A stretch of 64,000 nt of DNA, taken from contig CAVSKE010000028.1 in NCBI GenBank assembly GCA_963728305.1, positions 73,064 to 137,063 of the forward strand. The letters are read 5' to 3'. The translations under genes and the position numbers were made by a program. The DNA comes from an uncultured Acidobacteriota bacterium. GTDB taxonomy: Bacteria; Acidobacteriota; Vicinamibacteria; Vicinamibacterales; UBA2999. The notes under the pieces are model-generated. The model saw nothing but the letters and a program-made list of their open reading frames with translations, had not been told where the DNA came from and ran no database searches. Below are positions 1 through 9,625 of the stretch, piece after piece; the first letter of the stretch is position 1; every line of letters starts with the position of its first letter.

Positions 1-500
1 GTGCACCGCTGGACCTCGAAGGAGCGGCCGGCGTCGGCAGGCTCGATCTCGTCGAGCGTTTCTTCGATGCTACCGGCGGCTTACGCGCGCCGGCGACTCG
101 CGAACAGATGACTGATGGTTACACGTGGGCGTGCGAGTTTGGTCACTCGGAGGTCGTCGAGTGTCTTCTCGAGAGAGGAAGCGACATCGACGCGCGTGTG
201 AAGCATCACGGCCAGACCGGGCTGCACTGGGCCGCCGGCGGCGGGCACGTCGAGACCGTGAAGGTCCTGCTGCGGCGAGGCGCACCGGTTGATGCGGAGG
301 ATGAGACGTGGAAGGGGACGCCGATACAGTGGGCGTTCTTCGGGCTGATGAACCCGAAGACACCGCCAGTGGCGCCGGCGCGCTACTACTCGGTGATATC
401 GATGCTCGTGACCGCAGGTGCGACGGTGAAGGCGGAGTGGCGCGCCAACGCGCGCGAGATCGGGGACAAAGAGCTGCTGACTGCGTTAGGCGAGCGATGA
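1..500 (+). CDS. ankyrin-repeat protein (5' end outside window)
   Basis: Frame 3 is open from the window edge to the stop at 498-500. The translation carries ANK consensus (GQTGLHWAAGGGHVETVKVLLRRGAPVDAED; GYTWACEFGHSEVVECLLERGSDIDAR). Confidence 0.8.
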   Translation, partial: APLDLEGAAGVGRLDLVERFFDATGGLRAPATREQMTDGYTWACEFGHSEVVECLLERGSDIDARVKHHGQTGLHWAAGGGHVETVKVLLRRGAPVDAEDETWKGTPIQWAFFGLMNPKTPPVAPARYYSVISMLVTAGATVKAEWRANAREIGDKELLTALGER

Positions 501-1232
501 ATGCACGCGCGAAAGGAGCGCCACGCACGCGGTATCGACGCGCAGCGTACGTCGTCCAAGGCCGACCCGAGTGAAGCGGTGTGCCTCGAGCAGCGTCAGC
601 TCGAAGTCGTTCCATCCGCCCTCGGGACCGATCGCGAGAAGAACGCGCTCGTCAGGGCCGGTGAGCGCGTTCGCGATGGAGGCTGTCCCCGTCGGGTCAG
701 CCACGAGACGTACGCCTGACGGGAACAGGCCGTCGAGGTGATCCTCGACGAGGATCCGGAACTGCCGATGGATCGAGACCTGGGGCAGCCGCGTGTCGCG
801 CGCCTGCTGGAGGCCTTCGATCAGGAGCGGCCGGTAGGACGCCTCGGTGACGTTGTGCGTGTCAAAGTAGTCGCGCTCGACGCGGCTCGCGTTGGTCAGG
901 ATGATCTGCCCGACGCCGAGCGCTGCGAGCTGTGCCCACAGCCGGCGCATCACTTTGGGGCGCGGCAGCGCGAGCAGCAGATCCACCCGCGGGCGTGGTG
1001 GCGTGTCCCCTTCGAACACACATCGCATCGTCACGCGCCCATCGCTTGCCGATTCAACCGTGCCCGTGCCGAGCGGGCCATCAATGACACCCACTCGGAC
1101 CGTCTGGCCCGGCGTGGCATGAAGCACCTCGAGCAGGTGAGTGGCGCGCGCATCCGTCAGCGTCACGCAGGACGCGGCCGGTCCAAGAAGACCGTCAAGG
1201 CGTTCGCGTTCCTCCAGCAGGATCAGATTCAT
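486..1232 (-). CDS. rsmE: 16S rRNA (uracil1498-N3)-methyltransferase RsmE
   Basis: Intact 248-aa ORF with RsmE-like layout and the SPOUT C-terminal motif LLAIGPEGGWNDFE. Confidence 0.85.
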   Translation of the reverse strand: MNLILLEERERLDGLLGPAASCVTLTDARATHLLEVLHATPGQTVRVGVIDGPLGTGTVESASDGRVTMRCVFEGDTPPRPRVDLLLALPRPKVMRRLWAQLAALGVGQIILTNASRVERDYFDTHNVTEASYRPLLIEGLQQARDTRLPQVSIHRQFRILVEDHLDGLFPSGVRLVADPTGTASIANALTGPDERVLLAIGPEGGWNDFELTLLEAHRFTRVGLGRRTLRVDTACVALLSRVHSSLA

Positions 1233-1235
1233 TGG

Positions 1236-1291
1236 CTACCATTGTCGGATGACCGAAGCGTTTTTGGACTTCGTGGCTCCGACAATGGTAG
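1236..1291 (-). terminator. long hairpin after the sulfatase gene
   Basis: Perfect 14-bp inverted repeat CTACCATTGTCGGA / TCCGACAATGGTAG with inner CGAAG/CTTCG pairing. It lies between the sulfatase stop (1307) and the rsmE start (1232). Confidence 0.6.
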
Positions 1292-1306
1292 GGAGAGGCG
1301 GGACGC

Positions 1307-3661
1307 CTACTGCCGCGCCATCGCCACCCGCATCGTCGCGTCGTCGTCTTTGATCAGCTCACCGCTGACATCGATCACCGCGCTGTGGATGGAGCCGGTG
1401 AACGTGAACGGCGGTTTGTAGAGCTCGGTGACTGGCGAGCCGGGATCGGCGCCGGCCGTGACACCTCCGCCCAGACCGACGCAGAGGGGAATCGTCTTCG
1501 GCAGATCGACTTGGCCGACGAGTTTCCCATCGACGTAGAGCTGTCCTCGCCCGGGAGCCCCGAGTCCCTTGGCGATATCCGGTTTTCCGCTCAGCTCGAA
1601 CTCGTACCGCAGCTTGTGTCGTCCAGCCGGGACGGCTTCCTTCGACTCGACGTGATACTGCGTATCGGCGACGTAGTTGTAGGCGTAGTGCAGCTTGCCG
1701 CCCTGCATGTAGAACGAGAACCCGCCGTCGTTCCCGCCGTGCGACAGGAGGACGCCTTCGGCGCCCGATGTCGGGATCTCGACGTCGACGGTGATGCTGT
1801 ACGGTCGATTCAGGGTGTTCACTGCCGCGTTGGTCGGCACGGTTTGCGTGCCCTGATAGTACTGATAGGTCTTTCGCTCGACAGCGAGCTGGGGACGGGG
1901 TTCGCCGAGACGCAGCTGCCCTCGGGAATCAATCGGTAGGACGTTGTACTTGCCTGCTTCGACGTACCACATGCCAATCATCTCGATCAGCTTGTCGCGG
2001 TTCTTATCGGCGAGGTTGTGATTCTCGGCGAAGTCCTTCTCGATGTTGTAGAGCTCCCAGTGCTTGGCGTCCTGTTCGGTGAGCGTCTTGGCGTCCATCG
2101 GCGCGCCGAACTGACGGCCCGATTCGGTGAACGACGTGCCCGGCCACGGGCAGACTGCGCGCCAGCCGTCGTGATAGATCGATCGGTGGCCGAACATCTC
2201 GAAGTACTGCGTGAGGTGCTTGCTTGGCGCCTTGGCGTCGTCGAAGGTGTGGGCGAAGCTGTGGCCTTCGATCGGCGACTGGGTGACGCCCTTGATTGAC
2301 GTCGGCGCCTCGATGCCGAGCGCCTCGAGCACTGTCGGCAGCATGTCGATGGCGTGCGCGAATTGCGTCCGGACCTCGCCCTTGGCCTTGATCCCCTTCG
2401 GCCAGTGAACCATGAATGGATCGCTGACGCCGCCGCGATAGGTCTCGCGCTTCCAGCGCCGGAAGGGTGTGTTGCCGGCAAACGTCCAGCCCCAGGAGTA
2501 GTGATTGAAGTACTTGGGGCCGCCGATGTCGTCGATCGCCGCGAGGTTCTGCTGCAGATTGTCGGGGACATTGTTGAAGAACTTGTTCTCGTTGACCGAG
2601 CCGCTCGGCCCGCCCTCGGCGCTCGCCCCGTTGTCGGAGATGAACATGATGAGCGTGTTCTCCCACTCGCCGATGCTCTTGAGGAACTCGAAGAGGCGGC
2701 CGTACTGCTGGTCGGTGTGCTCCAGGAAGCCGGCGAAGACTTCCATCATCCGCGCGTAGAGTTTGCGCTCGTCGGCCGGTAAATCCTTCCATGCCGCCAC
2801 GTCCGGATCGTGGCGTGACAGCTCGGCGTCCTTCGGACTGATGCCGAGCTCCTTCTGCCGCGCGAACGTCTTGTCGCGGTAGACGTCCCAGCCCTCGTCG
2901 AACTTGCCCTTGTACTTGTCGGCCCACTCCTTCGGGACGTGATGCGGCGCGTGCATCGCGCCAGGGGCGAAGTACATGAAGAACGGCTTGTTCGGAGCGA
3001 CCTGCTTGGCGTCAGCGATGAAGCCGATCGCGTGATCGACGAGATCCACCGTGAGGTGATACCCCTCTTCAGGGGTCTTCTCCGGCTCGACGCTGTGGTT
3101 GTCGTAGACCAGCTCGGGGTAATACTGATGCGTGTCGCCGCCGAGGAATCCGTAGTAGCGCTCGAAGCCGCGGCCGAGCGGCCAGCGGCTGAACGGCCCC
3201 GCGGCGCTCGTCTGCTCGCTCGGCGTCAGGTGCCACTTCCCGAGGCAATAGGTGTTGTAGCCATTCTCGAGGAGGATGTCGGAGAGGAATCCGTTCTCGA
3301 ACGGAATGTAGCCATTGCCACCCGGATATCCGGTCGAGCCCTCGGTGATGCACGACATCGCGTTCGAGTGGTGGTTCCGCCCCGTCAAGATGCACGAGCG
3401 CGTCGGTGAGCAGAGCGCCGTCGTGTGCATGCTTCTGTACCGCAATCCACCCTTGGCCAGGGCATCCAGGTTCGGCGTCGCGATCGGGCTGCCGAAGCAG
3501 CCAAGCTGGCCGAAGCCCGTATCGTCCTGAACGATGAAGAGGACGTTCGGGGCGCCCTGCTTCGAGCGGAGCGGCTCCGGCCACGCGGGCGACGACTTGT
3601 CAAAGGTCCGGCCGATGACACCGGGGAACGCTGTGCCGGGCTTGTATTCCTTGAGAGCCAT
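1307..3661 (-). CDS. arylsulfatase (formylglycine-dependent, about 784 aa)
   Basis: Uninterrupted ORF with the sulfatase signature CSPTRSCILTGRNHH. The ATG at 3661 is preceded by AGGAGG about 10 nt upstream. The longer ORF-track start (3754) lacks an SD. Confidence 0.9.
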   Translation of the reverse strand: MALKEYKPGTAFPGVIGRTFDKSSPAWPEPLRSKQGAPNVLFIVQDDTGFGQLGCFGSPIATPNLDALAKGGLRYRSMHTTALCSPTRSCILTGRNHHSNAMSCITEGSTGYPGGNGYIPFENGFLSDILLENGYNTYCLGKWHLTPSEQTSAAGPFSRWPLGRGFERYYGFLGGDTHQYYPELVYDNHSVEPEKTPEEGYHLTVDLVDHAIGFIADAKQVAPNKPFFMYFAPGAMHAPHHVPKEWADKYKGKFDEGWDVYRDKTFARQKELGISPKDAELSRHDPDVAAWKDLPADERKLYARMMEVFAGFLEHTDQQYGRLFEFLKSIGEWENTLIMFISDNGASAEGGPSGSVNENKFFNNVPDNLQQNLAAIDDIGGPKYFNHYSWGWTFAGNTPFRRWKRETYRGGVSDPFMVHWPKGIKAKGEVRTQFAHAIDMLPTVLEALGIEAPTSIKGVTQSPIEGHSFAHTFDDAKAPSKHLTQYFEMFGHRSIYHDGWRAVCPWPGTSFTESGRQFGAPMDAKTLTEQDAKHWELYNIEKDFAENHNLADKNRDKLIEMIGMWYVEAGKYNVLPIDSRGQLRLGEPRPQLAVERKTYQYYQGTQTVPTNAAVNTLNRPYSITVDVEIPTSGAEGVLLSHGGNDGGFSFYMQGGKLHYAYNYVADTQYHVESKEAVPAGRHKLRYEFELSGKPDIAKGLGAPGRGQLYVDGKLVGQVDLPKTIPLCVGLGGGVTAGADPGSPVTELYKPPFTFTGSIHSAVIDVSGELIKDDDATMRVAMARQ

Positions 3662-3677
3662 GGTGGGATGACCTCCT

Positions 3678-3693
3678 GACGACTGCAGTCGTC
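3678..3693. promoter_or_regulatory. perfect 16-nt palindrome abutting the sulfatase Shine-Dalgarno
   Basis: GACGACTGCAGTCGTC sits immediately 5' (in mRNA sense) of the AGGAGG at 3672-3677. It could be an operator or a 5'-UTR hairpin. Confidence 0.3.
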
Positions 3694-3972
3694 GACTGGG
3701 TTGCTTCGATCGGCTGTTCGAGCCGAGCCCTTCTTCGTCGGGACCGGAGCCCACGCAATGTCGTGGTGCAGCGGAGCGCTCCCCGCTGCTTTACTGGAGC
3801 AATTCCGTCCCCGAGCGATACGTGACTCGAAGCCGGAGCAGAACTCATGCCCGTCAGTGCCTAGGGTGTGCGTGAGGACCGACTTGTCACCGCGAATTAA
3901 TCGAAACGACGGGTTTCAATTGATGCGCTCGACACATGGCGATCGCACAGTGCGGTGTACGGAGGGGCGCGA

Positions 3973-4182
3973 ATGCCACATCACATCTGCCCACACTGTG
4001 AATGGCCTGGACGCGTGCTGGAGGCGGCCAGTCAGGATGCGTGGGTGATCTACTGCCGCTGCGACGTGTGCGGCCACGTGTGGACGCATGACAAGACGGA
4101 TCTAAAGGCGCCGCCACGCGACGTGACTATGCCAAGAGCGGTGGCAGTCAACCGACGCGTATCACGCGAACGTCAGGGTTGA
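3973..4182 (+). CDS. small zinc-ribbon protein (hypothetical, 69 aa)
   Basis: GGAGG lies 7 nt upstream of the ATG at 3973. Two Cys pairs are present (CPHC ... CDVC). No recognisable family. Confidence 0.4.
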   Translation: MPHHICPHCEWPGRVLEAASQDAWVIYCRCDVCGHVWTHDKTDLKAPPRDVTMPRAVAVNRRVSRERQG

Positions 4183-4634
4183 AGGGTTCGCTTTTGCCGA
4201 TCGACGAGTTCCGGTTGATGGCGATTCAACAGGCGTGCGACTGCTTGCAATCCTCACGAACACCGACCTTCGACGGATTCAAACGCCTTTCGTCACTGGC
4301 GGAGCAGGCCTTCTCGAGGTCCCTGCGAACGAGGCGATGACGAGTGATTCACCATCATCGCCACCGCAAACAACACGACCCCAACCACCACCGCGATCAC
4401 GACTGCCCAGACTTCCTTCATGTCACTGTAGTGTCCGGCCTTTGCCGAACGTATCAATCCTCGTCCAGTTGTCTCTGACTTCAACTCGGCCCGAGGGTGG
4501 CTACTGCGAGAAGTGTCGCAGTGACGAGAGGTCAGGCTGTCAGATTGGCTGTCAAAGGCTGCGACCGCCGCGATGAGCTCGCGATGCATTCGAATTGTCA
4601 GTTACTCATGGGTCCGGAATGGACCGAGGAGTAA

Positions 4635-4710
4635 TGGAGCCGGCAGTCGGACTCGAACCGACGACCTGCTGATTACGAATCAGCTGCTCTACCAACTGAG
4701 CTACGCCGGC
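4635..4710 (-). tRNA. tRNA-Thr (anticodon CGU), CCA encoded
   Basis: The reverse complement GCCGGCGTAGCTCAGTTGGTAGAGCAGCTGATTCGTAATCAGCAGGTCGTCGGTTCGAGTCCGACTGCCGGCTCCA folds as a cloverleaf. Anticodon loop is TTCGTAA and the T-loop is GGTTCGAGTCC. Confidence 0.95.
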
Positions 4711-4911
4711 CAGGCGTGGGCGAAGTCACGATTCTAGCACGCGAGATGGAGCTGGCCGGTGCGGCTCTGATTCCGACGGGTCGAGCGACGCGGGAGATTT
4801 TCCTCGCGCCCGCGGGAGATTCCGCGCTCGGCACGCGCGGCGGAACGGATCCGCGATTCCCCGCGCCATTTCGCGTCGTCCGAAGGCACGTGACTTGCCC
4901 TGAGGATCGGC

Positions 4912-5517
4912 ATGGCACACACACTTGCAGAACCATTCCGCTGCGAGGTGCCCGTGCTCTTCGCCAGCTCCGAAGGGCAGACGGCGCTCATCGCGATTCG
5001 CCTCGCCGCGGTGCTTCACGAACACGGTCTCGACAGCGAGGCCATCGATGTCTCGACACCGGAGGCCGAGGCCATCGACTGGAGTCGCGTCCGCGGCGCG
5101 CTGCGTCGGCGCGTCGCTCCACGCGGGCAGGCATCAGAAGTCGGCCGCGCGGTTCGTCCAGGCGCACGCCGGCGAACCTGAACGCGGTGCCGTCGGCGTT
5201 CTTCTCGGTCAGTCTCAGCGCAGCGTCGAAGAACCCGGACGAAGTCGCCGAGGCCGAGCGCATCGCCCGCGCCTTTCCCGGCCGAGCACGGATGGAAGCC
5301 GTCGCTCGTCCTGTCGGTCGCCGGACGACTGGCCTATCGCGAATACAACGTCTTCATCCGTTTCGTGATCAAACGCATCGCGAAGAAGGAAGGCGGGCCG
5401 ACCGACACCAGCCGCGACCACGAGCTCACGAATTGGGAGGAGGTCGAGCATCTGGGTCGCGAGATGGCCGCGGCAATTCAGGGTCGCGCGGCAGTGGCGT
5501 CGAGAAGAAGCGCGTGA
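4912..5517 (+). CDS. flavodoxin-domain protein (HemG-like); frame-disrupted as assembled
   Basis: A continuous protein is recovered only across three frames: VLFASSEGQTALIAIRLA..., then GASLHAGRHQKSAARFV, then AFFSVSLSAASKNPDE, then GWKPSLVLSVAGRLAYREYNVFIRFVIKRIAKKEGGPTD. About 3 indels are needed. Confidence 0.7.
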
Positions 5518-5524
5518 CAAAAAA

Positions 5525-5549
5525 GGGCGGGTCCTGAAGCGACCCGCCC
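5525..5549 (+). terminator. GC-rich hairpin (GGGCGGGTC-CTGAAGC-GACCCGCCC)
   Basis: 9-bp perfect stem 8 nt after the flavodoxin-like stop. Member of a recurring hairpin family in this window. Confidence 0.6.
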
Positions 5550-5575
5550 GAACATGAACCCTGAACGTCCGAGAA

Positions 5576-5609
5576 GTGAGAACCGAGAAGCGTGAACGAC
5601 TCGGTTCAC
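5576..5609 (-). terminator. hairpin after the peroxiredoxin gene
   Basis: GTGA(G)AACCGAG ... CTCGGTTCAC forms a 10-bp stem with one bulge, immediately past the stop at 5615 on the minus strand. Confidence 0.5.
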
Positions 5610-5614
5610 CCGTG

Positions 5615-6199
5615 CTACTTCGACATCGGCACCTTGAGCTCACCGAGCTTGGCGATCATGTCTTCAGCCGACGTCGCCGGCTGGACCTTCTTCTCGATGT
5701 AGGCGATCTTGCCGTCCTTGTCGATGTAGAACGTCCAGCGGTTCGCCAGCTGCCCGTTCGCCATCAGCACGCCGTACTTGCCCGCGACTTCCTTCGTCGG
5801 ATCGGCGAGGAGCGGGAAGTCGGCTTCCTTCTTCTCCACCACGGTGGCCGGCCCGCCGCCGCGGCTCTGCAGCGTCACCTTGGTCTCCTTGGCGAACTTG
5901 GTGTTGTCCTCGACGGTATCCGTGCTCGCCATGAAGTAGGCCACGTCGTACATCCGGATCTTGTCGCCGTTCTCCGCCAGCGACTTGCACTCGATGGTGC
6001 AGCCCTGCGTGAACGCCTTCGGGAACCAGGCGACGACGACCGCCTTCTTCCCTTTGAAGTCCGACAGCTTGTAGGTCTTGCCGTCGGACGCCTGCAGACT
6101 GAAATCGGGCGCGGTGTCGCCGACCTTCAGCTCAGTGGTCTGAGCCTTCACTCCCACTGCCAGGGCTGCTGCCAGCCCAATCGCCATCAATGCGCGCAT
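5615..6199 (-). CDS. secreted peroxiredoxin (AhpC/TSA-Bcp family)
   Basis: Intact 194-aa ORF with an N-terminal signal-like segment [19 protein letters not shown]. The thioredoxin-fold motif is [13 protein letters not shown], with the peroxidatic Cys. Confidence 0.9.
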   Translation of the reverse strand: MRALMAIGLAAALAVGVKAQTTELKVGDTAPDFSLQASDGKTYKLSDFKGKKAVVVAWFPKAFTQGCTIECKSLAENGDKIRMYDVAYFMASTDTVEDNTKFAKETKVTLQSRGGGPATVVEKKEADFPLLADPTKEVAGKYGVLMANGQLANRWTFYIDKDGKIAYIEKKVQPATSAEDMIAKLGELKVPMSK

Positions 6200-6302
6200 T
6201 CACGAACCTCCCGGGCAGAAAGCCCTTCGCACCTGTCGGGGAGAATCGGCCTGAGTATACTGCCGCAGTCGGGAAATCCACCTCGGCACCTGCCGTTCAC
6301 CT

Positions 6303-6990
6303 ATGACGCATCCGCTGGTCCAGACGATTCGCCGGGCCCTGGCCGAGGCCGGCCGATCCGGCGAAAGCGCCACAAATGCAGGCCTACATGAAGTCGGCGA
6401 TGCCGTATCGCGGCGTGTCGTCGCCGGTATTGAAGCGGCTGTGCCGTGAGGTGTTCACCGCGCACCCGCTTGCCACGCGCCGCCGAGTGGCAGCGCGTCG
6501 TGCTGGAGCTGTGGCGGAAAGCCGCGTTTCGCGAGGAGCGTTACGCCGCGGTGCTGCTGACTCAGGCGCGTCGCGTATCGCGAGTTCCTGACATTCTCGT
6601 CGGTGCCGATGCTCGAAGAGATGATCGTCACCGGCGCGTGGTGGGATTTCGTGGACACGCTCGCGAGCCACAACCTCGGCGACATCCTGCGCGCCGAGCC
6701 ACGACGCATGAAGCCGCTGATGCGGCGCTGGGCGCACGACCGGACATGTGGAAGCGGCGCAGCGCGATCCTCTGTCAGCTCGGGTTCAAGCGGCGACACG
6801 GATCTCGAGCTGCTCTACGACTGCATCGAGCCGAACCTCACCGCACAAGGACTTCTTCATCCGCAAGGCGATCGGCTGGGCGCTGCGACAGTACGCGTGG
6901 ACCGATCCGAAGGAAGTGCGACGCTACGTGAAGGCCAACAGCGATCGATTGAGTCCGTTGAGCGTGCGCGAGGCGTTGAAGAACGTGTGA
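6303..6990 (+). CDS. DNA alkylation repair protein (AlkD-like HEAT-repeat); frame-disrupted
   Basis: Family-typical segments are spread over three frames: MQAYMKSAMPYRGV, MLEEMIVTGAWWDFVDTLASH, DMWKRRSAILCQLGFK, KDFFIRKAIGWALRQYAWTDPKEV. At least 5 indels are needed. Confidence 0.75.
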
Positions 6991-6991
6991 G

Positions 6992-7011
6992 GTCCGGGTC
7001 TAAAGCCGGAC
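6992..7011. terminator. hairpin between convergent genes
   Basis: GTCCGG-GTCTAAAG-CCGGAC lies directly after the AlkD-like stop (6988-6990). Confidence 0.45.
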
Positions 7012-8744
7012 ACTACGCGTGCGATTACGAGTGAAGAGCTCGCTGCGGACGCGGGCGCGCTCGCGATCGATCTGATCCGGCGTCGCGCCGAGACGCCGCA
7101 GCACGGCCTCGGTCATCGCCAGCGCCACCTCGCCTTCGCCCGCGAACACCTGCTCCGCGCCGGCGCTCCGCAGCGGCGGCACGTCGCGCAGATAGTTGCC
7201 GCGCACGAAGATGTGCACGCTTCGGGTTGATCTCCCGCGCGCCCTTGATGACGTCCGGCGATCCGGTGTCGGCGCCGCTCACGATGAGCGTGCCGGCGTG
7301 CGGCAGGCCGGCGGTGACCAGCGTGTCGTGATGACGGGCGTCGCCGTAGACCGCTGACATGCCCTCGCTCGCGCAGCGCGCGCACGACGTCCATGTTCAG
7401 GTCCACGACGGTCGGCGAGACGCCGTTCTCGCGCAGCAGCCGCGTGACGGTCCGGCCGGTCGGGCCGTAGCCGATCGACAATCGCCCGGCTGTCTGGATC
7501 GAGTAGCGACGACGGCGCCGACATCGACTCCGTCATCCTGCGTCGGCGGCATGCGCCGGACGCATCCGCGCCAGCCAGCGATCGATCGGCTCGATCGCTG
7601 CTGAATGCCAGCGGGTTGAGCGTGATCGAGATGATCGCCGTCGCCACGACGATGTCGACGCGCCTCGGCCGGCACGATGCCGAGGTCGCGGCCGAGCGTC
7701 ACCAGAATGAACGAGAACTCGCCGATCTGTGCCAGCGACACGGCCACGGTCAGCCGTCGTGCGAATCGGATAGCGCATCAGCCAGGCGACGGCCGCGGCA
7801 GTCAGCGGCTTGCAGACGATGACGATGGCCAGCGCGGTCGACGATGAACCCGGGCTGCTCCAGCAGCGCGGACGGCCGCAGCAGCATGCCGACCGAGACG
7901 AAGAACAGCACGGCGAACGCGTCGCGCATCGGCAGCGCTTCGGTGGCGGCGCGCAGGCTGTAGTCGGAGCTGCCGACGACCATGCCGGCGAGGAAGGCGC
8001 CGAGCGCCATCGACACGCCGAACAGAGCCGCCGACCCGACGGCCAGTCCGATCGCGAGGGCGAGCACGGTGAGCGTGAACAGCTCGCGCGACCGGGTCGC
8101 CGCGATCCGATCGAGGATCGCGGGAATGACGCGCCGGCCAACGATCGCGGCGACAGCGACGAGCCCGGCCACCTTGAGCAGCGTGACGCCGATGCTCGTC
8201 GCGACCGCGGTCGGCGCTGAGCTCGAACGCTGAGCGTCGGCAGCAGCACGAGGACGATCGACGGTCAGTACGTCCTGGACCACGAGCCAGCCGACGGCGA
8301 TGTGTCCGGCCGGTGTGTGCAGCTGTCGTCGGTCCGAGAGCACCCGAACGAGCACGACGGTGCTGGCCACCGACAGCGACAGGCCGAAGACGATGGATGC
8401 CGGCCACGTCCACCCGAACGCGTGCGCGGCGACCGCACCGAGGACGGCGGCAATCGCGCTCTGCGTGATCGCGCCCGGAATCGCGATCCGCCGGACGGCC
8501 AGCAGCTCGTCGAGGTGGAACTGCAGCCCGACACCGAACATCAGCAGGATGATGCCGATTTCCGCGAGTTGCTCGGCGATCTGCGGCGTCGGCGACGAAG
8601 CCCGGGCGTGTTGGGTCCGACGACCACGCCGGCCAGCAGATAGCCGACGATCGGCGACAGGCCGAGGCGCTGCGTGATGTAGCCGAAGAGCAGCGCGGCG
8701 CCGAAGCCGCTGGCAAGCGTAAGAATGAGGCCGATCTCCTGCAT
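7000..8744 (-). CDS. CPA2 (Kef-type) cation:proton antiporter with C-terminal TrkA-N domain; frame-disrupted
   Basis: N-terminus MQEIGLILTLASGFGAALLFGYITQRLGLSPIVGYLLAGVVVGP. Further membrane segments occur in several frames. TrkA-N is seen as IGYGPTGRTVTRLLRENGVSPTVVDLN. At least 6 indels are needed and the 3' end is uncertain. Confidence 0.8.
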
Positions 8745-8830
8745 CGACCTGATGGTATCCCGGCGGGTCGCCGGCCTGTGAGCCCCTCGACACGCGATTC
8801 CGCACATTACGCGGCAGGAGGCTCACGGAT

Positions 8831-9551
8831 ATGTCGGAGCACGTGCGTGAACATCGGAGTCTGCTGGCCGCCGCTGAAAAGCGGCTGCTCGATCAGGATC
8901 GCCGGTCACTTGCCGCCGTCGATCCATTCGGACCACCTGACCGTGCTCGCGCTCGCGGCGATGGCGCTGGCCGGGCTCGGCTTCTGGCTCGCGCGCTGGG
9001 ACAGCAACTGGCTCTGGGTCGTGGTCGGCGCGCTGGCGCGTCAACTGGTTCGGCGACAGCCTCGACGGCACGCTGGCGCGGGTCCGCCGCGTCGAGCGGC
9101 CGCGCTACGGCTTCTACGTCGATCACGTCCTCGACATCGTCGGCATCACGTTCCTGATGACCGGGCTGGCGTGCTCGGGATTCATGACGCCGGTCGATCG
9201 CGCTGTCGCTGCTCGTCGCGTATCTGCTCGTCTCCGGCGAGGTGTTTCTCGCCACCGCCGTGCGCGGCGTGTTCCGGATGTCGTTTGCCGGCGTCGGCCC
9301 GACCGAGCTGCGGATCCTGCTGTCGATCGGCGCTATCGCGCTGCGCGGCGATCCGCACGTCGAGTCTCGGTGCGCTTGGACGCGTGCCGCTGTTCGACGT
9401 CGGCGGGGTCGTGGCGATCGCCGGTCTGCTGGTCGCGCTTGGCTGGGCAATCGTGCAGAACACGGCGCGCTGGCGCGACTCGAGCCGCGGCAGCAGCCCG
9501 ATCGCACGCGGCCCGGCACGAAGCCGACCGTCCTCGTTGCCGAGGTTCTGA
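8831..9551 (+). CDS. CDP-alcohol phosphatidyltransferase family protein; frame-disrupted
   Basis: The motif region [31 protein letters not shown] plus hydrophobic segments can be pieced from three frames. The end is approximate. Confidence 0.7.
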
Positions 9552-9625
9552 TGGCTTTGCGCAAAGCGGGCACGGTAGTGACGATTCCCCTTTTACGGGT
9601 TCCAGGGGAATTCGTCACCGTGGGG

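Noticed and set aside
3755-4634. Integrated mobile element or prophage remnant at tRNA-Thr
   Set aside because: There is no integrase, no phage-like genes and no repeat of the tRNA 3' end that I could find by eye. The longest match is an 8-nt GACTCGAA at 3824-3831. I kept it only as a low-interest observation.
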